A stretch of 64,000 nt of DNA from assembly GCA_965226885.1 (NCBI GenBank), contig CBDDEL010000017.1, positions 384,001 to 448,000 on the forward strand. Direction: 5' to 3'. This document shows positions 50,734-62,500 of this stretch, in pieces. How positions within the stretch are numbered: the stretch's first letter is position 1; every line of letters starts with the position of its first letter. The position numbers and the translations under genes are program-made. Below the pieces are notes generated by a model. The model was not told the DNA's origin. It ran no database searches and was given only the letters and a program-made list of their open reading frames with translations. This DNA comes from Opitutales bacterium. Lineage in GTDB: Bacteria; Verrucomicrobiota; Verrucomicrobiia; Opitutales; UBA2987.

Positions 50734-51603
50734 TTACTTGGAAGATGGCGATCCCCGGAAGTTCGGATTTTGGGCATCGATGGCCAGGCGTTTTTGCTGC
50801 GACAGGGCACTCGCCATGGGATGGGTGACGCCGCCTTCCACGCTCAACGTTTGCCCGGTTATGCCCCCGCCAGCCTCGCTTAGAAACAAACACATCGGGG
50901 CCAGCAGGTCGGTTGGGACGATTCGCCTGCGCACCGATTGCCAGTTGATCAAACGCTGGTCTTTCTCCTCATCGCGCCCCTCCTTTTCCACCACAATGGC
51001 TCCTGGTGAGATGCAATTGACGGTTATGCCGCTGGGTCCCAATTCATGGGCGAGGGAGCGGGTCAAGCCTACCAAAGCGCCTTTTGAAGCCACATAGGCG
51101 CTCATATAAACCCCGCCCAGGTCAAAGGTTACAGACCCAATCAGTAAAATGCGGGGGGCCTTACTTTTCTTTAAATGCGGAAGCAATTCGCGCGTAATAT
51201 CGATGGCCGGCTCCACATTGGTGGCCATGACCTGGCGAAAGAAATCCATGTCGAGCTCCTCGAAACGGCGGCGCGGGTCGATGGCGGCATTGTGCACGAT
51301 GCCATCGATGACCTCGTGCCTGGCGGCGATTTCATGGCTGGCCCGGATGCGCGCTTCCCGGTCGGCAAGGTCGCATACGGCATATTCGATGCCACCCCCG
51401 CAGCCCTCATATTCCTCCTGGATTCTTTTCAGAGCGGCCTCTTTGCGGGCGACTAAAATGAGGTGGATTCCCTGGGCCAGAAGTCCCGGAATCAAGCCCA
51501 ACCCAATGCCGCGATTGGCACCCGTAAGGATGATCTTTTTCCCGTCAAGGTCATCAAAATGGAAACCGGGTGAGTAGGTTAGTTTGCCAGTTGGTTTGTT
51601 CAT
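50734..51603 (-). CDS. Short-chain dehydrogenase/reductase
   Basis: TGANRGIG, HNAA, YVASK and VNCISPG motifs. Confidence 0.92.
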   Translation of the reverse strand: MNKPTGKLTYSPGFHFDDLDGKKIILTGANRGIGLGLIPGLLAQGIHLILVARKEAALKRIQEEYEGCGGGIEYAVCDLADREARIRASHEIAARHEVIDGIVHNAAIDPRRRFEELDMDFFRQVMATNVEPAIDITRELLPHLKKSKAPRILLIGSVTFDLGGVYMSAYVASKGALVGLTRSLAHELGPSGITVNCISPGAIVVEKEGRDEEKDQRLINWQSVRRRIVPTDLLAPMCLFLSEAGGGITGQTLSVEGGVTHPMASALSQQKRLAIDAQNPNFRGSPSSK

Positions 51604-51694
51604 TTTAAAAAATCCGTATTAACCATGATGTTCTCAAAAAGTAAGAGCATTGCTTCTAAATTCCAGCCCAAATGGGCTTGAAAGTTTACAAAAA

Positions 51695-51710
51695 GTAACT
51701 AAAGGGTTAC
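51695..51710. promoter_or_regulatory. Palindromic operator GTAACtaaaggGTTAC
   Basis: Intergenic, ~90 bp upstream of the SDR-MlrC-TPR unit. Confidence 0.85.
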
Positions 51711-51793
51711 CTTGCGGTTTGTAAAGCAGATAAACTGAATTTCTACACTATGAATGAGCGACAACGTTTTCACGCCACCATGCAGTCCGGAGG

Positions 51794-53298
51794 TCAATTA
51801 TGCTGGAGAGGGGTGTTGCTTTCACCACCTTGGGGCGGGGTGGGCCATTGGAGGCCGCGTTGACCGCATAATCCCCGGTTGGGCTGCGGCTCATAAGGTT
51901 TGTCCGGCAGTCCCATTAATTTTCCATCCCGAACCCATTCTTTATCCGCTCCGTAGAATTCATTTATGAGCAGGGTGGTCAGCTTTTTAAGAATTTGGCT
52001 GTTTTCGGGGGATTGAGCCAGGTCAGTGGATTCATCGGGGTCCTTCTCCAGATCGAAAAGCTGCAAGTGGTTGCCGACGGGGTAATAAATAAGTTTATAA
52101 CGCCCATCGTGGATCATGCGCGTGGCTGTGTCGTCCTCGCCGTATTCTCCGTAGAAAAAATCCCTTTTTCGCTCTCCCGCCATGGAGAGGCCCTCGACCG
52201 AATCGGGGATCGGTATACCGGCCAGGTCCAGCAGGGTGGGCATGACATCCCGCAGCCCAACCAGGCGGCCGTCAACCCGGTGATGCCCGATGCGCTCATC
52301 TCCTGCCGTACCCACGAGAATCATCGGTATGTGGGCGGATTCTTCATAAAACAGCCGCATGGCAAATCGCCGGTGTTTGCCCAACATTTCTCCGTGATCG
52401 GAGGTGAACAGGATAATGGTGTTGTCCAGCAGTCGTTCCTCGCGCAGGGTCCCGATGACTACCCGTATTTGGTGGTCGATGTGGGTGCAGAGTGCATAAA
52501 ATGCCCGCCGGGCCATGCGCACTTCTTGTTCGGAATATTGTTCCCACTCCAGCTCCCGCTGTCTCAGCGCATAGGGCAATGCGTCCCCATCTTCCGCCCA
52601 TGAGCCCACCTTGGGCAAGCCGGGATCGATATCCCGATAGAGGTCCAGGTAGCATTGGGGCGGTGTCAAGGGTAGATGGGGATGGGTGTAGCCGAGGTAC
52701 CAAAAACCCGGTTTCCGTGGGTCCCGACGCTGGATCATGCGGGCCATCTGCCGGGTCGTCCAGGTTGTGGGATGGCAATGTTCGGGCAGATGCCAGGGGC
52801 GGCATTGGTAGTCGTTGTTGCTCAAACCATGTGCGAATTGCTGCCCTGCGTAGCCGTTTTCTCCCAGAAAAATTTCGTAATCGTCGGTCGTGCCAAATTG
52901 CAGCCGGCCTTCTTCGTTGAGAATAGCGTCGTCGAATCCGATGCGGTCCCGCTGGGGGTAAACGTGCAGTTTGCCAGCCGCAAAGGCCTGATAACCGGCC
53001 TCTTTAAATACCTGCGCCAAAGTGGGAAAGGCGGGCATCTCTAGGGATTCGTTGAAGCCGCGGTCACCGTGGGTGCGTGTGGTCGTTCCGGTCATGAGGC
53101 TCCGACGGGCTGGTATGCAGACCGGTTATTCGGAGTAAGCCCGTAAATAACGAGTCCCATTGCGTGCCAATTGATTTAGGGTCGGTGTCAGTATGCTCGG
53201 ATGCCCCGCGACGCCCAATCGGGAAGCGGCCCAGCGGTCTGTCGTAATAAGCAGAGCATTAGAACATTCGGTTTTTGTTTATGTTTTTGTCTTTTCAT
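51794..53298 (-). pseudogene. Sulfatase pseudogene (8-bp duplication frameshift plus in-frame TAA)
   Basis: MKRQKHKQKPNVL, then duplicated AATG(T/C)TCT (53253-53268), then LLITTDRW...AYSE*PVCIPARRSLMTG with the stop at 53126-53128. Confidence 0.85.
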
Positions 53299-53640
53299 GG
53301 TTGTAGAGGAAAACTAGGCGCTGAATTCCCGACTGAGAGATTTGTGCATTCCAAGGGTGAAAATAGAAAAAAGGTTCTCCCTTACGAGGCGGGCGAAGGC
53401 GCCATCCAGGAGGCTATTGAGGTCGGCCTTCCAAATATCGGAACGGCTGAGGACGACCCCGGTCAACCGGCCCAGGCTCTCTTTTGATCTAAGGTCCGTT
53501 TTCTCGTAGGCACGATAAAAAAAGTCCGCATGGAGGTGGTCGTTGACCGGGTAGCGGCCGCTGTCATTTCGAGGTTGGTCTTTGCGACCGCAAGCATGTC
53601 CGTCCGCATCCATTTCCACGACTTTCATGAATACTATATA

Positions 53641-55471
53641 GAGGCTGTCCCAAAAATATAAAGATTTTATAGTCAACTGGATGACGTTGATAAAAAGAGC
53701 CGGAAAGAGCAAGTTTTTGCTCGATTCGGCCAAAAAAGGGTTCTATAATTGAGTTAGCGAAAATCAATATAGCCCTTTCTATGAAAAATATAGCCATCCA
53801 ATGCCTCCTGCGTCCAGCTTTAACTGTGGTCGACCGGTGCCTCGATTACGATAACTTCCGCGCCACCATTGATCGAATCGATCGGCTGCTGATCGACTCG
53901 GAGGTGGAATCGCAGGCCATTGAGCTGGCCTTGGAGGGGTGGCCGCCAATGGGTCTAAAGGCCCGGCGGCAGCGGGCCAGTTTTGCCATCAAGGCACTGC
54001 GCATGGATACGCTGGGCCGTCTGCTCGGAGGGATTTCGTTTCGGCATTTGTCGCGGGCTCTGGGCAGCAGCGATCTGTTGGCCGACTTTTGCCGTGTCCG
54101 GCAGATCGATGGCATCAGGGGCATCTCCAAAAGCACCCTGGAGCGGGCCTCGAAGTTTTTCAGCGAAGAGCAGTTGAGGGCCTTGCACCGGACCTTGACT
54201 GAGGTGGTGGGCGATGCCCTTCTGGCCCGGCAGGTGGGATTGGACAAGCCGATTGACACCACCATTTGCCTGATCGACGGCACCTGTTTGGAGGCTAACA
54301 TTCATTGGCCGACGGACTGGGTATTACTCAAGGATGTAGCCGGCACGTTGCTCAAAGCGATCCGGCTGATCCGCGAGAAGGCCGGTTTGCGCCATCGCAT
54401 GCCGATCGAACCGGAGCCCTTGGCTCGGCAGATGAATCGGCTGTGCATACAGATGACCCACAGCCGGCGGCGAAAGGACAGCGCGCGGCAGCGCAAGGGT
54501 ATCTTGAGGCAGATGAAAAAGCTGCTCAAACGGATCGGGGAGCATGCCCGCAGTCACCGGGAATCAGTCACCGGGAATTATTGCAAGCCTGCTGGGAGCA
54601 AAGCGATTACAGCGAAAAACAGGTCCAACAGATCCTCGCCCGGATGGAGCGCATGAGCGAGCAAATCCCGGTGGTCATCAAACAGGCGCACGAGCGGATC
54701 ATTGGCGGCCGCCAGGTGAAAAACGCAGAGAAAGTCTTGAGTGTTTACGAACTCGATGGGCAGGTGATTGTGCGAGGTAAAGCGGGCCAAGAGGTCGAGT
54801 TCGGCAACACCCTGTTTTTGGGAGAAAGCGTTGAAGGGTACCTGCTGGACTGGAAACTCTACGGCAGCCGAACTCCAAGCGAAAATGAACAAATGCAAGA
54901 GAGTTTGCAAAGACAGAACCGCTTCAACCTGGAAGAACCCATAGCGGCCATGTGCGCGGACCGGGGATTTGCCTCCCAGCGGGCCCGCCGGCAGTTAGCC
55001 CAGGAGGGAATCTACGACGCGCTCTGTCCACGCGATCCGAAGCAGTTGAAAAAACGGATGGAGGAACCACTGTTCAGACAATTGCAAAAGCGCCGGGCCA
55101 GCACCGAAGGGCGGATCGGGGTATTGAAGAATCGCTGGCAGGCCGGGCGGTTGCGCAGCAAAGGCTTTGCCAACCGCTCGATCAGCGTAGCCTGGTCGGT
55201 ACTCTCGCACAACCTATGGAAAGTAGCCAAGATGCTGGCCCAGCAAGACGAACTAAAAACCAAAGCGGCGGCCTAGAGAGCGGAAAAGCAAGGACAATAC
55301 TTTTTCACAGCCGTACTGTCGGCTCATACAAAGAAAACCAGGCAACCGGACCCCAAAACCAGTATCCTAACGTCATAGGAGAGCAAAGTTGATACTCTCC
55401 CAAATGCAAATACCTCTAAAATGAGCGCCTATCAAAAGCCCTCGCAAAAATCACCCTTTTGGGACAGCCTC
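53641..55471 (+). mobile_element. ISNCY (ISDol1-like) element, second copy; 6-bp TATATA duplication
   Basis: 15-bp IR GAGGCTGTCCCAAAA; TATATA at 53635-53640 and 55472-55477. Confidence 0.92.
53781..55276 (+). pseudogene. Transposase frameshifted by a 14-bp tandem duplication
   Basis: CAGTCACCGGGAAT twice at 54551-54578; single in the other copy. Confidence 0.88.
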
Positions 55472-56735
55472 TATATATGCGGCCAGGGCAAAGGCCAGGC
55501 CCTTTGGAGGGATGGGGTTCTGGCGGCAAAAGTCAATGATTGAGGGAATGATCCTCTCGGCCATTTTGGAGGTGTAGTTGAGCGAGAGGGTAAGCAGCTT
55601 GTGCTCAATAAAAGGATTGCGGAATCTCTCCAGGACGGCGTCGGTATAATCGGCCGCTTGCCGGTAGGGTATATCCATGCTTGGACAGGCTTCTTCATAG
55701 AGCATTCTGCGCAGATAGGAGAGGATGAGGGGGTCTTTCATGCTCTCGCCCACCGTGTCATTGCCGACCAGAAAAGAGGGGGCGATCATGGCGCTGTGGG
55801 CCCCGCAGAGGAGACGCATTTTCATTTGGTGCTCGTATTCCAGATCGTCAACGTATCGCATCTGAAAACCTGGAATGTCCTCGGCCGGAAATTTTGCCCG
55901 GACGGTGCGCGCCGGATCCTCTATGACCCATAATTTAAACGGTTCACCGATGGAAAGGGCGTTGTCTGTATAACCCAGTTCCCGGTGAAGCTTGGCGCAT
56001 TCCACGGCGTTGGGTTTTCCCGATATGATCGAATCCACTATAGAGTTGGCAATGATGACATGCCGTTGAAGCCAGTTCTGAAAATCCTCTTCCAGTTTAA
56101 AACGGCGGATCAGTTCCTGGATGCAGTCGCGCAGGAGATCGCCGCTGCGGTAGTTTAATTCCGTCGGTACGATGATGAGACCGGATTCCGCGGTTGAGCC
56201 CAGGCAGCGGTACCTATTATATAGAAAGAGGGTCAGTTTGGCGGGAAAGGAATGTGGCGGGGTGGCATCGGGAGCATCGGCCGGGTCGATTCGGATGCCG
56301 GCTTCGGTCGTTTGCGAAAAAACCAGTTCGAGGGTCGGGGAGGACGCCGCGGTGAGAATATCTTGCCAGTAGGTTGTGGATTTAAATGGAATGATTCTAC
56401 TCATCGAGGAGACGATGTATTTTTCCTCGATCCTGCCGCCGTTTCGCAACCCTCTCAAAATACTTGTGTAAAGACAATCCTGCCGGGCCAGGCCAAGGGA
56501 CAAGTCCTCCTGGGTGAGAAGGCCGGGGTCGACCGGCTGGACGGCGATGCCCCGGCCCGCGAAACGTCCGTTGAGGTTCATCCGGTCGATGATCCAGTAT
56601 AAGAAAGAGCGCAGGAAATTCCCCTCCCCGAAAGTGAGGAATTTCTCCTCGTGCGAGAATGCCTCGGGTGATGGAAGGATGATTCCCCTGGATTCCATCG
56701 CTTTTTGGAAATCATCCCGCTCCATCCGAGTTCTA

Positions 56736-56773
56736 GTCAGTTCGGGGAGATAGTGTCAGTTCGGGGAGATAGT
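56736..56773. repeat. Perfect 19-bp tandem duplication GTCAGTTCGGGGAGATAGT
   Basis: Direct reading; lies just upstream of the uxaB-like start. Confidence 0.9.
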
Positions 56774-56892
56774 GTTTCAATGTAATTTCATCAGAAAACT
56801 CTGCCTTGTGGAGATATCAGTCCTAAGCCAAATGGGTTTATTTCACGATTTCAAAAAAAATTTTACCTTTTTTTTTAAAATCCTTGACAGGG

Positions 56893-56935
56893 GTAACCAG
56901 TTGGTTACTTTGGCTGAAGATAACTATCCAGTTAC
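56893..56935. promoter_or_regulatory. Tandem operators GTAACcagttgGTTAC (56893-56908) and ATAACtatccaGTTAC (56920-56935)
   Basis: Between TTGACA (56884-56889) and reverse TTGACA (56944-56949) in the uxaB/TBDR divergent region. Confidence 0.87.
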
Positions 56936-57121
56936 GTTACCTATGTCAAGAGATAAGAATTACCGCTAACTTGAAACCGGAAAATATTCATTTACCTCAT
57001 GCGTGAAAAATTCCTTAACCAGCTGATTTCCAACATAACAGCCTGTGTTCGTCTCTTCCTGTTTAACCAATAGGCACGCTATACTATATTAATCAACAAA
57101 CAACTCAGATTCGATCCTATC

Positions 57122-59386
57122 ATGAAAAATCAAATACTGCGCAAACTCCAATTATTAATCACATTCACTCTCCTGGGGGCAATTCCACTGCTCGCCCAGG
57201 GCCAATCAATCGAGGAAGACGAAGATATCCTGACTCTCTCCGAATTCGAAGTCACCGCGGACTCCGTTCAAGGCTGGGTTGCCTCCAGCGGCACCGTGGC
57301 CACCGCTGCTGCATCCAAACTGATCGACATTCCGCAGGCGGTCACCATCATCACCCGCGAGTTTCTGGAGGACAATGGTTCCATTGAAGAGCTTGACGTC
57401 ATTCAAATGGCTACGCCCGGAGTACTTATCAGGAACAGTGCAAATCTGGACGTGGACATCAGAGGCTTCCGGTCATTGGCGAGCGGAGTCGACGGAGTGG
57501 TTTCACGGGTGGTTTACAACTATCCATCGATTTTGTTTGAACGAATGGAGGTCGTGAAAGGCCCGGCATCTATGCTTTACGGCTCGTTTGCCACAGCGGG
57601 AGGCTTCATCAATCGCGTAAGCAAGAATCCCCAGCGCGAATTCGGCGGATTCATAAGAGGGACCATAGGCACGTCCGATCTTTACGAAATCGGCGTTGAC
57701 GTGACCGGCCCCATCGACTGGGAGGGCTTCGATGGCAATGTTCAATACCGTATCATCGCCGATATCGTGGAACGGGATAATGTAGCCGGCTATGATGACA
57801 CCTATGATAAACACCATGTAATTTCGGTTGAGTTCGGCTTCGATCTGGGAAAGACCAGCCGGCTACTCATTGGCTATTGGCATAATGACCGCGACGTTGC
57901 GGGGGGGGATCGGGGCATTATCGATCCTTCCACGGCACCGGACGATTCGAACGCCAGCAGGGCCAACCCGGTCAGTTCCGGAGTGCCGCTCCGTGGTTTC
58001 GTTTCCGGTCAGGCTTGGACAGAGTTCACTGATTTTCCCGCGGTCATGCAAACACAGGCCGATATTCTGGATATCAATTACACTTCCAATCCTTTTGCCG
58101 GGTTCTCCTTCAGGACGCATTTTGTATGGGAACACCGCCAACAGTCCGGCAACCTTTTCGGCGGAACCGGCAACAATCTTGCCGATGTTTACGGTGCTTC
58201 ATTATCGGCAAATGACGATGATCAAGAGATACTGAACGGGCTTATTGACTTATCGTGGACTGTTAAGAAAGGTGAAAACTTTGAAAACCGTTTTACCATG
58301 GGGGCCGAGATCAGCTATATTAACGGTACATTTACCCGCGCGGTAGGGGGTGGAGCGACCGTGGTGCCGATGGTGCCCATAACTGTCGCTAACCTCCAGC
58401 CTTATCTGGACCAGCCCTTGCCTGATGTCTTCTGGTCGGATACCGGTGAGAGCGATGAGATCGTAGGTGGGTTTTACGCTCAAAACCGGTTGGGTTTCTG
58501 GCAAAATAAACTGCAATTCAACTTTGGCATCCGTTACAACTATATCGGCGGTGCACGGTTGTTTATCCGAACTCCGACGGGGGTGAAAGGCGATTTTCTG
58601 ACAGACCCTGATACAGGTGAACAAATTGGGAATTTCGATTTCGACGCGAATCAGCGGCATTTTGCCAAGGCGACTTATGTCAGCACTCCTTATGGGTTCG
58701 TGGTCAAGCCGATTGAGCAGCTCAGTTTCTTTTACGGATTCAGCGATTCGTTCCGCTCGAACGGGAGCAACACCCTCACCTTTAGCGGCGAAAGGCCGGG
58801 GCCGTCCATCAGTGAAGGGACCGAATACGGCGTCAAGTTTGACTTTTTAAAGGGGTTGTCGGGAACCATCAGTTTCTTTGATATTAATGTGACCAACCGC
58901 ATTACCGGTGATCCCGACCATGTTTGTTGTAAAATCATCCTGGATCCCATTAATAACGAGGGCTGGGAAATGTATCTCTCTTATGCCATGAAAGATTTAA
59001 CCGTCATGGGCGGCTATTATTCTGGTGATATCAAGGACATAGCAACCGGTTTCCAGGTTGATCGTACTGCCAATAAAACTTTCAACCTGGCTGCCCGTTA
59101 CCAGGCGTCCAAAGGCAGTCTTAAGGGATTGTATTTTGGCGGCAATTATAGCTGGATAAGCGAGATGCTTGCCAGAGGCGGAACCAGGATACTCCCCGAC
59201 TACGAGTTGATGGATGTATTTTTGGGCTATCGTTGGGGTGACTGGAAGTTCCAGGTCAATGGAAAGAACATCTTTGATGAAAATTATAACCGGCGTTATG
59301 TTCGTCCCAGCCTGACGCTGGTGTCTCCGGGAGAAACCTGGCAGTTTTCCGTAACCCGCTATTTCGGCGCTCGTAGCGTTAAATAA
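57122..59386 (+). CDS. TonB-dependent receptor
   Basis: Signal peptide; LSEFEVT; plug motifs DIPQAVTII and ERMEVVKGPASMLYG; beta-barrel C-terminus NGKNIFDE. Confidence 0.92.
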   Translation: MKNQILRKLQLLITFTLLGAIPLLAQGQSIEEDEDILTLSEFEVTADSVQGWVASSGTVATAAASKLIDIPQAVTIITREFLEDNGSIEELDVIQMATPGVLIRNSANLDVDIRGFRSLASGVDGVVSRVVYNYPSILFERMEVVKGPASMLYGSFATAGGFINRVSKNPQREFGGFIRGTIGTSDLYEIGVDVTGPIDWEGFDGNVQYRIIADIVERDNVAGYDDTYDKHHVISVEFGFDLGKTSRLLIGYWHNDRDVAGGDRGIIDPSTAPDDSNASRANPVSSGVPLRGFVSGQAWTEFTDFPAVMQTQADILDINYTSNPFAGFSFRTHFVWEHRQQSGNLFGGTGNNLADVYGASLSANDDDQEILNGLIDLSWTVKKGENFENRFTMGAEISYINGTFTRAVGGGATVVPMVPITVANLQPYLDQPLPDVFWSDTGESDEIVGGFYAQNRLGFWQNKLQFNFGIRYNYIGGARLFIRTPTGVKGDFLTDPDTGEQIGNFDFDANQRHFAKATYVSTPYGFVVKPIEQLSFFYGFSDSFRSNGSNTLTFSGERPGPSISEGTEYGVKFDFLKGLSGTISFFDINVTNRITGDPDHVCCKIILDPINNEGWEMYLSYAMKDLTVMGGYYSGDIKDIATGFQVDRTANKTFNLAARYQASKGSLKGLYFGGNYSWISEMLARGGTRILPDYELMDVFLGYRWGDWKFQVNGKNIFDENYNRRYVRPSLTLVSPGETWQFSVTRYFGARSVK

Positions 59387-59458
59387 TTTCTCGAACCCAA
59401 TTTTAAATCGAGTTTGTATATTATTGAAATAGCAGACCATTAAAACCTTTAGGAAACG

Positions 59459-59492
59459 AAAAGGCGAAAGGAGATTCTCCTTTCGCCTTTTT
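59459..59492. terminator. Intrinsic (potentially bidirectional) terminator hairpin after the TBDR
   Basis: AAAAGGCGAAAGGAG-att-CTCCTTTCGCCTTTTT. Confidence 0.85.
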
Positions 59493-59527
59493 GCGTGATA
59501 AATATATAACATCCAAAAAAAAAGATT

Positions 59528-62500
59528 ATGGAATTTCCACAATTACAGCCCCGGGCCCTAAATCGAGAAACCGTGCTTTCCGGCGCCTCTAAAATCGTGG
59601 TGGCAGCCCCGTCCGAGGAAAGCGGGATAGCCGAGGCGCGGAAATTGGCCGATGCGCTGCGATCCGTCGTCGATAACGTCGAACTTCTCATCGATCCCGA
59701 TGCCAAAACCATTACGGCGGCCAGCGGCCCCGTTTTCCTCATCGGCAATCTGGCCAACAGCCTGTGCGTGAAGCAGCTATACTGGCTCTTTTTATGCCTT
59801 AGCGACCGCTGGTATCCAGGCCCCGGAGGTTACGAGGTAAGGACGCTGCTCGATCCGTTGGGGACCGGCCACAACATCATCCATGCGGGCTATTCCGATG
59901 ACGCAGGACTGGCCTCCGCAATGTCCATTCTTCTGGCCAAAATAGGAAGTCCCCTGCCCTTTCTGAGCGAGGTGCAGGCCACGCGTTTTCCCTTGCCGCC
60001 GAACGAGGTCGAACGGATACACAAAGAACCGATGCCGTTGATTGACAGCGATATGGCGAAATCCGAAACCGCCGTAGGCAAGCTCTATCTGGGTTATCTT
60101 TCGGGGGACCGGGAGCTGCTTCGGGAATCGGCCAAATTCTGGGAGGCGCTGGCGCGTTACGGCGTTCCCCCCGGCGACCACAAAATCAAGGATATGCACC
60201 TGCGCACGCCGTGCATCGTCTCGCTCTATCGATTGCTTGAGCAGGCCGGCATGGTGGAGGAAAGATTGCGGCTCCCTGCGCTGCAACTCATCTGGGAATT
60301 GGCGCAGAGCGATCAAGGCATTTGCCTCCTTGAGGGACCGACATATCAGAACGAAGGCTATCCGCGCCAGAACCACGGCCTCAATCCCGCTTTTGGCTAT
60401 ATCATGGCGGCGGACTATTTCAACCGGCATCATCCCGAGCTGAAAGAACCCCACCGCTGGAAGGAAATAGCGGATGGTGTCTTCTCTCCCTATAACGACG
60501 GAAGCTGGAAACCCATGTGCGACGGCATCACCCACGGCTGGTGGCTTTCACAGCCGGTCATGCTCGATTATGCGCTCTTCGAGCCCGAACATCGTTATCT
60601 GGAAAGCGGCGGAGCGCGCCGGGCGGCCGATTGCGTCCTAGCCGTCACTACCAATGAAGGCTGGCTTCCCAGTTCGGGGGACAGCAATATATTGCGGGCT
60701 TTCGCCGGTCCCAGCCTGCGGGTGGCGGCAGCCTGGTATGGCGATGGTCGTTATCTTTTTGCCCATGAATTGGCACCCCTCTACCGGCGGCATCATTTGC
60801 AGGCTTTTCTCGTGCGCACGTTCTGCACGGATGTGGAGCCGGTCCGGCCGGACGACTGCACCGGCCTCACCATCGTTCCCATGGACCCCCTCGTTTACAA
60901 CGTCTGGGAAACGAACCCCAAACTGATCAAAGAGCAAGGGCGCTCCGACAAACCGCCCCACGCGCCGATTGAGAAATGTTTCGATAAACTCTCATTTCGC
61001 ACTGGCTGGGACCCCGACGACGAGTTTCTGCTCATCGATGGTTTGGGGCATTTTTCGCATTCCTATGCCGATGCCATGGAACTCATTCTATACGCCCGTT
61101 ACGGATTGAGTTTCATCGTTTCGGAACACGGAATACAATACCCAGAACCGGAAAATCATTCCATGGTAACCATCACCCGAGACGGGGAGATGGGCGACAT
61201 CCCCGGCTGGGCCGAAATCCTAAAGGCCGAATACGATGCCGAGGGCAATGGCTACGTCAGCCTGAGGCTGGAGGATTTCGCCGGAGCGGACTGGGTACGG
61301 GAGGTACATTTTCGGCCCGGCGTGGGCGTGGTTATAAACGACACAATCACGGCTACCAAACCGGGCCAATACTCCATCAAGACCCATTTGCGGGTTCCCG
61401 GCCACGCCTCGTTGGAGGATAACACGTTGGTCAGCCATCGCCAATCTCCCACTGCCGGAGCGGTCGAATTCCGGTTGTCGGGCCTGTCTTCGGAGGGTAC
61501 CGCATTCCGGGTCGATGAACAGGACTTGAGCCTGTGGCATCGGACTAGACCGGGATTATCGGAAATTCCACCCGAGAGCTGTAGTGTCACGGCCTGGCGA
61601 CGGCGTTATCATATTGAGGAGACGTGCCTTTCGATTTTTTCAGGACGCATCGCATTGGCCCTGGAACCGGGGGAGTCCGTTTCTTTTACCCAATTCGCCC
61701 AGGCGCTCGGGAAAAATGATGCCCAATATGAGATTGTTCCCGAAGAAGGCGCCGTCACACTTAGCGGGAACGGCCAGTCCTGGAAATTGCCTCTTTCCGG
61801 TCGCGGCGAAAGGAAGAAGTCTAGCGATTCCGCGCCCGCCGGGGGGGGTGTGCATCTGGAGACAACAGAGGTCGTCAGTTTTGACGCAGCTATCAATAGC
61901 ATGGCTCCGGCCGTAGAAGGGCGGCTGGTCTGCGGTTTGCAAAATGGAGTCGTCGCCCTGCTCGACGGATCGGGACGGATCGATTGGGAAAAACAGGTGG
62001 AAGCACCCGTGCACGATGTTGCCGCCCTCGCCGTGGAGGGCCAACAGATGTATTTTGTCGGTCATGGAAAAACCGGGCTGACTGCCCTCAATGAACGTGG
62101 AGAGACAGTGTGGGCTCGCCAAATCGAACGTGACCCGACCTCCTGCGCTTGGTGGGAGTTGAATTATGCCTCCGCAATTCAGGTTAAAGCATTTAATGCG
62201 GGTGGCTCGGCGATGATTGCGGTTGGTTGCGGGGATTTGCAGGTCAGGGGCTTCAATACAGAGGGCGAAAACCTCTGGGGTTTTCTTTATGAGAACGGTG
62301 TGCCGGCCCGCATACGGACTCATGATGTTGATGGCGACGGCCTCCCGGAGATCGTCGTTGGGGGCGAGATTATCAGCAATCAGGCGACTTGCCGCATACT
62401 GACGCACGAGGGCCGGCTGAAATATGAACTGCCCATCGAAGGTTGGACCAGCAAATTGACTTCTGTGGCTTATGCGAAGGTAAAGGGACGTTCCCTTCTG

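Larger units (their letters stand above)
53314..56725 (-). pseudogene. uxaB: Tagaturonate reductase/mannitol dehydrogenase family gene split by an ISDol1-like IS (56725-55472 plus 53634-53314)
   Basis: FGEGNFLR, SQTTEAGI, SFPAKLT, EPFKLWVIE and RFRNPFIEHKL motifs; removing the IS plus TATATA restores AAYIVFMK in frame (524 aa). Confidence 0.85.

Noticed and set aside
53126..53128. In-frame stop near the sulfatase active site as possible recoding (Sec/Pyl)
   Set aside because: The codon is TAA, not TGA or TAG, and the gene also has an upstream frameshift
56950..57121. Riboswitch in the TBDR leader
   Set aside because: No cobalamin, TPP or other aptamer consensus recognised; the operators account for regulation
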